From the NCBI RefSeq assembly GCF_964204645.1, contig NC_134025.1, positions 5,642,001-5,706,000 of the forward strand: a stretch of DNA of 64,000 nt, given 5' to 3'. The stretch comes from Tubulanus polymorphus (taxonomy: Eukaryota > Animalia > Nemertea). The translations under genes and the position numbers were made by a program. Shown here piece after piece: positions 20,108 to 33,017 of this stretch. The notes beneath the pieces were generated by a model, which saw nothing but the letters and a program-made list of their open reading frames with translations, ran no database searches and had not been told where the DNA came from. Every line of letters starts with the position of its first letter. Within the stretch, counting starts at the first letter, position 1.

Positions 20108-22541
20108 TTAAACGAATGTTTCTTCATCACATTCATCCATATATCTTTGAAGTATAAGCCTGGGATTGTTGCTTGGTGAACGTGTCATTTCTCCGAGAGC
20201 CTTCAATAACAAAAGGTATTGATAATGAGAACAGAATTTGCCTGAAATGATTAAGAAACTTTAAAATAATTCATCACTTTGTAAACGTTAGACCTAAACG
20301 TGTATGCTAACATATTACAAGTTATGATTTTATTTGATGTATGTATTAAAACTTGTTAGACAACTAAACCAGGATAAAAGTTACAAAACAAACAGAGAAT
20401 ATGATACGAATATATTAAGATTATGCTTACACTTGCCAGTCAATGAAATATGTTAGTGAATTACATGAACACATTATTTTCAAGCAATAAGGAATGCAGT
20501 ACCTTTTAATCCAGCTACTTCATGCAGCGTGTCACATATAAAATGGTATTTGAGATATAGCTAAGCATGATAGCATACACTGCTACTTGTAAATCCTTCA
20601 ATTCATCAAAACAGTTTTTCTGAGATTGGGGCTTTGGATTGGTATGTTCCAATGCATGTATATGATTTATGCATTTATGTCTTTTGTCAGTGCAAATCAG
20701 GGATATGAACAATATGTACCTTTCTCCTATCACAGTCATTTTGATGATTAACAAGATATTGCTGTTTAATGTATTCTTCATCCAGGCATTCGCTGCTAGG
20801 TTTTGAATCGCACTGGCTTTTTGGTTCATTTGCAAATGATGACATCCTTTCTAGAATCTGCTGAATCAAATAAAAATAAGCAAACTGTAGTAGGCCTACT
20901 CGAAATCGAAAAATAAAGCATCAAACAATCTTAATTGTACGAGAATTTCCTACCTTCTGTTTGCCTTTTCTTAAACCTCTGAAACTTTGCTTCTTAGGTC
21001 TCTCATGGCTGATAGCACCATCTGCGTTTTCATCCTGAAAAAAACATAATTGATACATTTTATCACATTATTCATTGGCAGATACAAAACTTAAAATTCG
21101 CCAGCATTTTTCAACCTACAGCATTGACAATATTTTCTGATTTCGCTGTTATGGTCACATTGATTTCATTTGTGCTGCTTCCTTGATTTTTGATTTCATT
21201 ATCCTCAGAACTGTTGATTGGTAATTGATTGAATGAGCTCAACACATGTTTTGAAAGTGGCCTCACTGCACTGACACTGGAGATTTTTGATGCTAATGAT
21301 GACTGACTGGATCTACTGCGTGTAATTCGGCAGTAATCATTTTGATTTTGAACTGATATGGAACTCGAAGAGCTGAAGGATGACCAAGTGTCACAACTTG
21401 ATGGAAGCGATGCTTGACTGAACCGCGATCCAATAACATTACTTGTAAATGAGGTCAAACTAATAGTGTCATACGTGAATGCAGTGCTAGAACTCATTAC
21501 ACTCAAGATATCACTACAATCTGCATTCGTATCATCATCATTTTCATCTTCTAATTGATTTAAATTCCCCTTTCCAAATGTTGAAAACGTCTCTTTTCGT
21601 CGCAACCTTCTCAAAACATCTGATGATTCGTTATCTTCACCATTAATTGTGCTTAAATGATTTGTGTTGTTTAGGTAGTCTAATGGATTATGATTTGAAG
21701 TGCTCAGAATGTCCATGTTGTGTTTAGCTGATGGTGTTTTCGCATTCCCTAGCTTCTGATCAATTCCTCGATAATACTTCTATAGAATATAAGCAAAAAT
21801 ACATTATCATTCTTTAGTGACACTTTCAGTACACAGACAAAAAATCCAATAAAATATAGCACACATATGAAGAGATATTTTTGTGAAATAAACATGATAT
21901 TGTTGGCTGATTTACCTTTGAAAGCTGTTGGCTATTCCATTTTTTCACAAATTTCTTGAAATATGCTTTCACTTTTGGTTCAATTTCTTCAATTTGTAGG
22001 CCTTTCTAAAAATGATTCAACAATATATTTGATGATTCAATCAATATTAATTTTCCAACTGAATAAAAAGTGGACCAAAGTTTTTGTTAGCCAAGGAATA
22101 TGTTTAAGATACATTTGATGTGTTCTGGCTAGTCATAATCATTTCAATCGGAATAGATCATATATTTATCAAATATCTCACTAACCTCCTCATGAAGCCA
22201 AGTCTTAAATTCTTCCAGTTTGTTATAATAATCACCTTCAGTTATATGATCTGCAAATATTCAAGAATGCATTGAAATTATATTCAGCAGTGTATTGAAA
22301 GTATTGGAATCAAATAGCAGTAATGCAAGGATATACAAATTCAATTAAAAATTCAATTAAACTTACTTTTATCTCGTCTTTTTTGTCTTGACTTTTCTTT
22401 TCTGCTGTTTTTGTTTAAACGCTTCTTGGCGAGTTTCAGTGAAACTTCATTCATTACGTTATCATCTTCCTCCTCAGCACTTTCGGCCGAACTGTGGTGA
22501 GTGGCGTGGCGAGGCATTACTACTGCTGCACCTTCATCCAT
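20108..22541 (-). CDS. Protein with N-terminal SCI1-like (style cell-cycle inhibitor-like) domain and long Ser-rich disordered tail (about 7 coding exons)
   Basis: Spliced exons give a basic N-terminus, then HITEGDYYNKLEEFKTWLHEEKGLQIEEIEPKVKAYFKKFVKKWNSQQLSKKYYRGI, then a Ser-rich exon. Probable last exon ALGEMTRSPSNNPRLILQRYMDECDEETFV* (TAA 20108-20110). Confidence 0.75.
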
Positions 22542-23179
22542 TGTTGATGTTTTGCACAGATCTGATTCTGAAACAGAATAATTCCAATAAAGAAAGTCTG
22601 GTAATGATAATTTAAGTAAACGATAAGCTTGCCTTATTTAATTTAAAGACGTCATTTTTACTTTTAGTTTGTCGTCAGCGATTTTTAAGAGGCTAAATTA
22701 TAGATGAAGATTAAGAAGTGCCTGAAATTTTGGCTGAAAGGTGTAAGTAAATGCTACCTCCTTTCTGGGACTATAATCCTGCAGAATTAGTCCAGCTTAC
22801 CTGATAAGATGCAAGATTAGTATAGAAATAGACGCTTCGATTAAACGAATAAAAGATATGGGCAACGACCTTGAAAATAAAATATTTCACTAAAACTCGG
22901 AAATCACCTTCAGCTGTTAAATTCAATTCAATAAAGTTTTATTTATGCAATGCAACTGGTTGAGCATTCGCATCACCATCGCAAGCTATATACAGACACT
23001 ACGAATAATTGAAAGATTTGGTTAGTAAGAACATAATTCATGCAGACTTAATGAATGATTAAAGGATCTGATTGACTAAATTGCCTATTTTTATGACTGA
23101 TTTTGAAATTTATTTGAATACCTGCCAAAACACACGTAGCCTAGTATTTTTACCATTTGCCACCAAACAATACTGCAGT

Positions 23180-23260
23180 TAGTCAGTAACCTGTCTGTGG
23201 TTTAGTTTCACAATCGGATATTTTCACTAAGCCCATCCGATTATAAAAAGCTTACTACCA
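23180..23260 (+). repeat. Dispersed element, copy B (upstream of ASPG copy 1, probably within its 5' UTR exon)
   Basis: Matches the reverse complement of 9123-9226. Followed by donor AG|gtaact at 23269 and acceptor ttttttag at 23338, just before ATG 23376. Confidence 0.85.
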
Positions 23261-23375
23261 ACGATTAGGTAACTAACTATACTGCAGTAGGCCTACACTC
23301 GGAATTGTCACCTTCTAAATTTGTTTCCACTTTTTTAGTCTCCCGGTGTTGATCAGCGTTATTTAGCCGCATCCG

Positions 23376-26300
23376 ATGAATACTGCTGTACGATGTCGTA
23401 ATGATTCATCGTTAAACGACAGAAATCAGATCGATCCTTCATACGAAATAAAGACAATTAAAGAATATGGCACTAATATCGAAGATGAAGAGATCCATTC
23501 AGAAGTCGAGGCGACATTACTGGTTATTTATACGGGTGGAACTATTGGAATGATGTGTAGAGATGGGGGTAATTTCATACACGTGTGTCAATAGCCTAAT
23601 GATGTTCTACAACTGAAGTATTCATTGAAAAATGAGGGGTTTTCTACAAACTGATTTCTTACTTTTATGAATGTTACAGTGTACAGTCCAGCATCAAATT
23701 ATCTTGTTCAAGAGCTGCGTAAACTACCGATGTTCCATGACCCTGAATATACATTCAAGGCAACTCCTGGAGATGGTTCTACAGAGAGTGAAGGCATTCC
23801 TTTAGTTATGCCGTATGTTTGCTTATTGTCATCCATGCATGAAAAGCAATTCCTAAAATTTTGGCCCTAAATTGATCGTAATATGTTCAACTGATTGTTT
23901 TTTCTAGGATATCGAAACAAGGGAAACATATTATTTATACAGTTTATGAGTATGAACCTTTGTTGGACTCTGCCAATATGACAATGGATGATTGGATTCG
24001 CATTGCTCGTGACATCAAGGTAACCAAATACTAATCATCATTTTTGCCAACTCATAAAGAATAAATTTTACGTTGACTGTTTGGACTTTACTACATTTGT
24101 TAGTTTATTGTTTTCAGAGAACCTATCATAGATATGATGGATTTGTGATACTTCATGGAACAGACACAATGGCGTATACTGCTTCGGCATTATCGTTTAT
24201 GCTAGAAGATTTGGGAAAACCAGTTATTCTCACAGGTTCTCAGGTTGGCATATTTCAATGAACTGACTCATTTTGTGAATTGCCATTTTTTCAATTCAGC
24301 GATTAGTTGGTTACTAACAATATTAATAATGTATATATTAGATACCAATATTTGAAACACGATGTGATGGAAGGGACAACTTTCTTGGAGCTTTGATTCT
24401 AGCTGGTCATTACTGCATACCAGAGGTAACGTGATGTATCAATTTTTCTGAGTCTGGAGAGAAGACCTTTCACTTCGTTGTATGAATGAGACAACTTATT
24501 TTTATAATTCTTTGGATTGTTGTAGGTTACAATCTACTTTCACAATAAACTCATGCGAGGAAATAGGTGTACTAAGGTTGATAACAGTAGTTTGGATGCT
24601 TTTGATTGCCCAAATATGTCACCTTTGGTAAACATGGAGGTTGGCATTAACAGTGAGTGTGTTTTGAATTGTGTGAACTGTTGTTGTTAACAGGTGCCTA
24701 CTGTAGTTAACATTATGAAATTGGGAATTATATTTATTTTGTGTTTTAGTCAACTGGCAGTCTGTGATGAAACCAAGCTCTATAAAGAAATTTGATATTA
24801 GCAACAACCTATGTCCTAATGTTGGTCTTCTGCGTCTGTTTCCTAGTATTACAGCTGCTACTGTAAGTCATTGTTCGGACGTTCAATGCTGAATGTTTAA
24901 CAACTCCGCAACACCTTTCATGAAATCCATGAAAATATATTTGCTTTTCAGGTGCAAGCATTTTTAAATCCTCCAATTGAAGGTGTTGTACTGCAATCCT
25001 ATGGTGCTGGAAATGGACCCAGTGCACGTGTAGATCTGCTAAATGTATTCAAAGAGGCCACAATGAATAATGGTGTTATAATAGTGAATACTACACAATG
25101 TGCTAGAGGATTTGTTTCTTCGGCTTATGAAACTGGCAAGGTACATAGGCCTACTTTGCCACAATTATGCTACCACTTTATTTCCATTCATTATAGTTTG
25201 TAGAAATATACTATATTTATTTTTTAAGGCGCTGTTAGATGTTGGCATTATTCCAGGGTCTGATATGACTCCAGAGGCGACACTGACTAAACTAAGCTAT
25301 GTTTTGGGTAAAGATATCTCTTTGGATGAAAAAAGGAAGGTGAATAGATGTCCTGGCTTGATTTAAACTAATACCTGTGATTGGTTGTTAAATGGAAGAT
25401 GAATGAATAAACCACCTGTTTTATTGTGCCGAATGTGCTCTTTGTAGTTGATGGAAACTAATTTACGCGGTGAAATGAAGAAAATGTTCGCAGATTCATC
25501 TGAAGTTTCACTCTCTGATATATCCTTGATCGATAAATTGTCGAAGGCACTGAATTTATCAACTTCTGAGGTACATTTACCCCGGACATTTACTGAAATG
25601 ATGCATCCCAATTTACTGAATTATAACTGAACAAGATATACTGTAATATCTTTTCAATCGAAATTAACATGCTTCTCTTTCTGTTCTTTGATAGGAAATA
25701 ACGACATTACGCAACGCTATGATTCCATCGTTGATGTCTGCTGCTGCTAAAACAGGAGACATTGAAACCATGGAGAAACTTCTTTTATCGGTGAATACAA
25801 ATTAATTATTTCATGCTTTCATTTGATAATAAAACATGAACAGTATGGATGATATTTTAAGGCAGAAACATCACCTACATCAAATATTGGTTGTCTCTCC
25901 ATTATCTAACTACCTTTTGGAATGCGATATATTTCGCGTAGTAATTGTTATTTTATGTACAGTTCCGGACAGATGTGGTGGGTTTGATAAAATCAAAATC
26001 TAAACCATTAATCAAAACGAATGGAGGGACGATCATCCCTATGTCAAAACCAAAACAAGAAACATTGAAAAAATGTAGAAACTCTTTTATCATTGAATAG
26101 AATTACATATTTCATGGTTTCATTCACTTATAAAACATGAACAGCGTAGATAATATTGTAAGGCATAAGCAGTAAATTTTTTCAAGTATTGGTTATCTTT
26201 TATCATTCAACTACTCTTTTGAAAGGAATCTGAGACATCTCCAATAGTAAGTGTTTATATGCAGTTTACCAAATGTAACATTTTCTGTTAAGGCTGTATG

Positions 26301-27795
26301 CAAAATGCTTCATCTGATGTAGTAAACTAGACAACGTAATTTGTTTATATGCATGAAATGTGTTCTTCGTTTGTTGCACATTTCAGTCATCACTTATTGT
26401 TCCAAACCAAATGAATGCTTTGAAACTAATATGACAGTTTGCTGGTGCAAATGTAATAAATACTTTTATCCATTTTAAGAGACCGCTTTGTAGTACATGT
26501 ATTGAATTCCGTTTAAATACTTTGTTACCGTTTTGGAAATGTTTACATTTTGGTTTACCCATGATGTGTTCATAGTCTAGTTCACATCTGTATGAAAATT
26601 GCCTCCCCTTGAGCTTTTGCTTATTTAATGAACCTTATGTTATAGTGAGCTGTAATATTTTTAAGCTCAGCATGCAACCTCTGAATTCAACATCGATGGG
26701 TTTTAACCCACAAATCAAAAACTACCAGTGGTCCCATGAATATATTCATATTTCTGTATTGCTTCAAGTCAAAGATAAGCAAATATTTTGGCAAAGTTTA
26801 AGCCTAAGAATTTTGTAGTGATCTCATCCAACTCCGGATTTCTCATTTACCCGGTACTGAAAGAATCTAAGAAATCCAGATGAAAATCACTACCATTTTT
26901 GAAACTGCTGATTTCCCTTTAAAAAGTTCCATTTTATGTATACAAAATTCATGTGTCTTTTTCTCATTTTCAGGATGGTTCTGTTAGGATGAATGACTAT
27001 GATGGACGAACTCCTCTTCATATTGCTGCCTGTGAAGGACACGTAGATGCTGTGCAATTTTTGCTAAAGAAGGGAGCCTTAGTTCATGCTCGTGATAGAT
27101 TCCAGAACACCGCTCTTAATGATGCAATAAGGTTTGGACATCCAGACGTTGTTCATTTGTTATTTGAATGTGGTGCTCATCTAAATTATTCTCCCGGACG
27201 ACTTGGACAAGAACTCTGTTGGTAAATATTTTTTACGCTTTTCTGCGACAAAACCCTCATTACCAGTATCTGGATTATGTTAGTGATGTTAATGTATTGT
27301 ATTCTAGGGCTGCTAGTGAAGACAATGTGACTATTTTGAAATGCTATGATGTAATAGGTGCTAATTTAAGCCAAGCTGATTTTGATGGTAGAACAGCTCT
27401 TCATGTGGTAAGTAGTGGACTTATTATTTGGAACTCTACTTCTGGTTAAGGTGCGGTCCCATTAAACAGAATGACCACTATCCGGTCAAAGTTTAATACA
27501 TTTCTCATGTTTAGGTCTGTCTATTTCTGGTTGGATCAAAATACTTTTAGTTTAATTCAATGCATGTATGATATACTTGTAGGCATGTGCTCGCGGATTC
27601 CAGTCGGTGGTAGAATTCTTGCTTAAAAAAGAAGTTACAATCGATGTTGAAGACAACTTCGGTACGACACCTATATCTGAAGCCACGCGAATCGGCAATC
27701 GAAAAATAGCTGAAATATTATCAGGATACTACGATGGAGGAGAAATCCTATCTGCAGAAACAGATTCCACTGATAAGATATTCAATGGAGATTAA
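23376..27795 (+). CDS. ASPG: L-asparaginase / 60 kDa lysophospholipase with C-terminal ankyrin repeats, copy 1
   Basis: [85 protein letters not shown], ankyrins [16 protein letters not shown] and [12 protein letters not shown]. Splice sites checked were GT-AG. Confidence 0.96.
26030..26228 (+). pseudogene. Decayed tandem copy of an ASPG1 exon end plus following intron start
   Basis: aaaacaagaaacattgaaaaaatgtagaaactcttttatcattgaatagaattacatatttcatg...taaaacatgaacag resembles 25748-25925 (aaaacaggagacattgaaaccatggagaaacttcttttatcggtgaatacaaattaattatttcatg...taaaacatgaacag). Donor GT is lost. Confidence 0.75.
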
Positions 27796-28823
27796 AAAAC
27801 TGTTTGGTAACTGTAGTGCTTTGTTAATGCAGAAATATTTTTTTCAGTGATATATTGGGACATGCAATGAAAATTCATAGTGATCTATCTAATGTTAGGT
27901 GCATGCATGATACATGCAGGCGTATGGCGTGGATACGTCATCAACATGGTAATTTTTACTATAGAATATTAGAATCCTTAAGTTAATATAGTATTTTAAA
28001 TGGTATTCTAAATTTGACATAGATCTGGTTTTAGTATAAGAAAGCTTTTTGTATTCTATACTTTTATTAGGTTTTAGTGGAAGTTGTATTGTTTTTTGTT
28101 TTTGTTATGCATTGTATGGATATAATTTGTACAATCCCTTGTTGTGTCCTTTGCATTTAATCAACAGATCTGACAATGATGAAAAATACTAGAACGTGTT
28201 TGTGAAGTGATAATCAATAGAAAAATGTCTTACTTGGAATGATCTTAACCAGATTATGATTGCCAGCATACATCTTTACCGATTGTTCGAAAAAATGGCC
28301 AAGGAAAATTTATGAGAATTGGAGATGAAAATAACTGCCGGCAATGTTGATATCGACATTGATCTTTATATCTAATGACATTGTTTATTGTTCATGAGGT
28401 ATATTATATAGTTTGGGTTCAATAATTAGAATACGTACATACCTTTAATGAATTCAGAATAACGTATAAATTAGGATGCTACACAATGCAGATGGAGCTG
28501 AATTTTTCAGTGTGCCATCAATTCAAAAGTAAATGTTTTGTGCAACACCACAGACGAAATGAATTGATTATTCAGGAATTGATCTTATAATCCCAAGAAG
28601 TGTCAAAAGATCTATGCGTTTAATTTTGTTGAAACTAATGGAATGGTTGTTAATTTTTGATTACATTTTCCTTGGCTATTTCTTTCCATTCACCGGCTTG
28701 ATCATCCATGTTTCCAAATAGAATCTGGTTTAAATCATTCTAGGTGTCCTCTTTGTTCTATCAGTGGTTATGGTAACCTGATTAACTGCACTCAGGAATG
28801 TTCGATGCAACATTTTCAAGCTC

Positions 28824-29019
28824 AAAGGCATTTTTATCTAGAGGTTGATTTGTCATATCAACCAAATCACTGCGCATTAACTTGACAGAAAAGAATCCGC
28901 AAGTCTCCCAGCACTAGTTACTAATCTGCGCGATTATTTAACTGCAAATCGATTTATACAATCAGCGAGGCAGGTGGATTTGTAAATCCAAAGCGATTTG
29001 CTTAGATAAGAATGCCTCT
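28824..29019. repeat. Multi-stem inverted-repeat element downstream of ASPG1
   Basis: Outer stem aaaggcatttttatcta / tagataagaatgcctct (15/17). Inner stems ggttgat/atcaacc, gcaaatcgattt/aaagcgatttgc and tggattt/aaatcca. Confidence 0.55.
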
Positions 29020-29839
29020 GAAATCAATTGAATAAATTATAGACTGTACTAATAACTACTTACAACCAACGCAAACCTCAATCTACCAGGGTTCGTTAAG
29101 ACATAGAAGCGTGTACAGTTTACACTTCTATGGTTAAGATCAGGGAGTCTAGGAATATTGTTTCCCTACAGGGAATCTGGGCTTTTCCCTTTAGTATTGT
29201 AACGTTATTAAACTTATTCTCCAGGATTATTTTTGTGCCATTAAATTTACTTTATAGCTTGGTTAAAGTCATTAAAGAAAAGAACAAAACATTTAAACTG
29301 GATGCATGTATAACTATTTAAGTTGATAACAAATCTTAACCTGGGGAACAATGAACATTTTATCTCCGTGTTTCCTTGTCAGCTTATATACGGGTTAGTT
29401 AAAGATTCAACCGCAGTGTTAATGTTAGTCCTTAGAGTACCTTGCACTAAGGCTTGTACTGCATCATATCGAATCATATGTAGTTACTAGTAATCCATGA
29501 CTGGTATAATTACCAGGTAGTCACTGTTTTTAAAAGCTGTACTTTGAAATGACATATTTGTACATCTTTTAGTGCATTTGATTTTTCTAGACCATTGATT
29601 ATATACACCGAAATGTGCTACACCGGAATTTTATTCAATACATTTTAAATAATTACACCAGTTTTATATCATATGGATTTTTCCTGCCATCCTGTGGGTC
29701 ATTGCCTTTGTTTATTATCTGAGGCTATGGTGTACTTGATTTCACTTATGAATCATTTGATTTCGATCACATGACTATATCTGGATTTAGCTAGAGAAAA
29801 AAATCATTACCGAAATATAAGGGTAAAAAAATCACAAAG

Positions 29840-29966
29840 CTGAAAAACTAAAATGTCGTAATGTTAGAATTTATTAAAAATCCGAATTTTCGGTTTTTCA
29901 CTTGAAACTATCATCGAAAATTCGGATTTTTGTAAATTAAACAAAACGATATTTTATGTTTTTCGG
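29840..29966. mobile_element. MITE-like palindrome
   Basis: Perfect 17-bp inverted repeat aaaaatccgaattttcg (29876-29892) / cgaaaattcggattttt (29915-29931), extending imperfectly to about 50-bp arms. Confidence 0.65.
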
Positions 29967-31211
29967 TTTCACAATTGTGGGACTTATGTCTCGCTCTACT
30001 TTCGCAATTTATTGTTACCTCTTAATCATTGCCAAAGTGGATAGACACAGTTATTTGCATTTTTTCAATGTCTCATTTCTTTAGTGGCCACATCAGCAGT
30101 CTTCTAGACTGTAAATGTGATAATTTCATAGTATTACCTGTAGTATTGATAGTATACAATTTAATGTTTTATTACCGTTTGGTATGGTGTATTTTTATTG
30201 TTTTAAGGCAATCAGCTATGTTATAGTGTTTTGCCAAACTTGCTTTAAAATAGAGAATTGTTTTAAGATTTGACAAACTGGTTTCAACCGCTCATAAAAT
30301 CTGTTTAGATATTGACTTCCGTAATTCTAAGTGGGTGATAGTAGAAGATCCGGATTTTTCTCATGTACCTCGAACTTTGTTCAGGCTGTTTTCACATTGA
30401 CACACTAATGTGGAAGTAACCTGTTCAATGCAGTTTCTGTATTCGCATGAGTTGATTGAGTGACTTGTACTTTGTCCTTAAACATTGTTATCAGAGTTGT
30501 GAAAATATTTTTAGTACTGCACATGTTTCCACGTAACTCGTATTAATTTAGGAAGGGTATTGATAAATGATGTACAATTATGCATAGCAGAAATACAATT
30601 TATTAGATCGTTACATCCTATCTTATTGTTGTCTCTTCATTGGAAAATCCGTTCTAAAATGATGTAGGCTTAATCTTGCCAGTGGAAAAGAATTCAACTT
30701 CGTTTTATCACCTCTGAGTATCGGCCAAAATGCTGAAATATGTGGAACTCCTCGGCGAAGGCTTTTTGTACATACCGGTAATCTATACAACCAGAATTGC
30801 TAAGATTAACCAAAAACTCCAAAACAAATTAACGAGTCCATGAATTAACGTTGCAGAAAATTCATTGCTCACTCGTGGCCAAAATATCATGGTCCTGGCA
30901 ACTTTCCAATATGGACACTGTTGACCTGCGATTGGCCCGCCAATAAAGCTAAATTCGTTACTGGAATTTTGCCTTGACAAACATGCAGTTAATATTATAT
31001 ACCCTTACTAAACTCCGACGAACTTCTAGTTTTGAAACGTTGCCAAAAATCCTCTGGATCTGTTTTGACTGATTGTGACCGATATGTTATTATCATATAA
31101 TAGTTTATCAGTACAAGATCAATCGATTGATAGAGATCGATATTGAGCCAGCTCGCACTAGCTGATCACGGATTCTAATCGTGCTATGTCATCAAACACG
31201 CCTCACACTCC

Positions 31212-31218
31212 TATATAA
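31212..31218 (+). promoter_or_regulatory. Candidate TATA box of GNMT
   Basis: TATATAA about 230 nt upstream of the GNMT ATG, with a TCA initiator-like site about 30 nt downstream. Confidence 0.4.
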
Positions 31219-31443
31219 GCATTAATGAGCTTGTGTCTGTTCAAATGTGAAGTTGTGTTTATGAAATCATAGAAAAGAGAAAAAGAAACATTTTTTCGCC
31301 GGAATCGCATCCAAAATCTTAACGATTGGTTAACAGTAGCAGTGAAATTGAGGTGGATTGAATTACGGTCAACAAGAAGTAGTTTATTTCAATTTAGTTC
31401 AGAATTGAATTAAATTTCATCGAAGATTAAAGAGTATACGGAA

Positions 31444-33017
31444 ATGGTGGACAGTATCTATCGAACAAGATCTCTCGGAGTTGCTGCAGCTGGTTTGAGA
31501 GATCAATATGCAGATGGGAAAGCGGCAAAGGTTTGGGAACTTTATATCGGATGTAAGAACGACAGGACATCCGCTTACAAAGACTGGATTTTAAACCATT
31601 TGAAACAAAGAAGCTGTAAAACTATTTTGGATGTCGCCTGTGGTACAGGGTAAGTTTCAGACTCTCGAGATTTTTTGCCTTTCTCTTTTTTGGAGTCTTC
31701 TACCCAATTGAAGGCTAGACTCAAAATTCAAAGGTAATTTCTCTGCTTCTGCACATCTGTGGACTTGACTCCACCTGTTACCATTTTAGATACTAATGAG
31801 TATAGATTTTGAAACAATTAAAATCAATATTTTCAATTGATAATTAAGATGATGAATGAACATATAATTCTAATTGAATTCATGATAGGATCGATTCGTC
31901 GATGTTGGTTGAGGAGGGGTATAAAGTGACCAGCACTGACGCTAGTGATAAAATGTTGAAATACGCATTGAAGGAGCGATGGGAAAGAAGGAAAGACGAA
32001 CGATTTGATAAATGGGGTGAGAATGCAGACATTAATGTTTACATGCATGAAATTATGAAACATTTGTTCTCTTCTTTAAAAAAGACAACTGATACATAAA
32101 ACGCTTTGTAAATGTAGTGATAGAAGAAGCCAATTGGTTGAATTTGGAAGATGATCTAGATAATGCTGGAGTGGAAGAAGCCGGTTCGGGGTTCGATGCT
32201 GTTTTGTGTCTTGGAAACTCGTTCGCTCATTTGCCAGATTTCGAAGGAAATCAAAGCAATCATAAGTTGGCTCTGGCTAATTTTGCATCGATGGTAAAAC
32301 CAGGCGGTATTCTCATGATAGATCATAGAAACTACGACGCTATCATTGATTTAGGGGTAGTCCCACAAGGGAAAAACGTTTACTATCAGGTAGGCCTAAA
32401 AGTAAATACATTTCTATCCAAAAAGTGTTCCCGTATCCTTAAATTTGAATTCAAAAAGTGATTTCGTAGTATCATGCGTGTATGTGAACTGAAATCAAAG
32501 CTTTATAGACCAAATGTGATGGTTGATGTGTTACTTGATGAGTTTTGAAGCCAGTTAGCCAGTTTTAAAGGAATCTTTTAATTTTTTCCCGTTTTTTTGT
32601 TTTCGGTATCTTCATCCAGGGTGATTTCATTCAAGACATCAAGTGTTCTAATTTGTACGTGAACGGAAGTCCAATCATGGTAACTCTTGATTACACATTG
32701 GATATCGAAAAGATCATGAGCAAAAGCAAAGAATTTGCTAAAATGGACTTCGAATCAGCTTCAAAGTAAATATTATTCCTGGAATTCTTAAGAATTAGCC
32801 CCTTCAGAATTTCTGATTCATTTCTGTTTCTATTTCTAGGAACTCTAAATTCCGTTTGTCATACTATCCGCATAAATTACAGCGATTCACCGAATTGCTG
32901 AAAGAAGCATTTGGCCCCAACTGTCATCACAAAGTATTTGCCGATTTCGTTGGTTTGGATGAAATTAAAAGACCAGCCTACTACATCCACATTATTCAAA
33001 AAGGCATCAGCGACTGA
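31444..33017 (+). CDS. GNMT: Glycine N-methyltransferase (5 coding exons)
   Basis: [39 protein letters not shown] motif [50 protein letters not shown] at 33015-33017. Confidence 0.97.

Noticed and set aside
20515-20835. 106-aa ORF as a separate gene
   Set aside because: Overlaps an exon of the SCI1-like gene out of frame and runs through intron sequence.
23180-23338. Spliced-leader RNA gene
   Set aside because: No clear Sm-binding site after the donor; the sequence instead ends in a polypyrimidine tract and AG like an ordinary cis intron.
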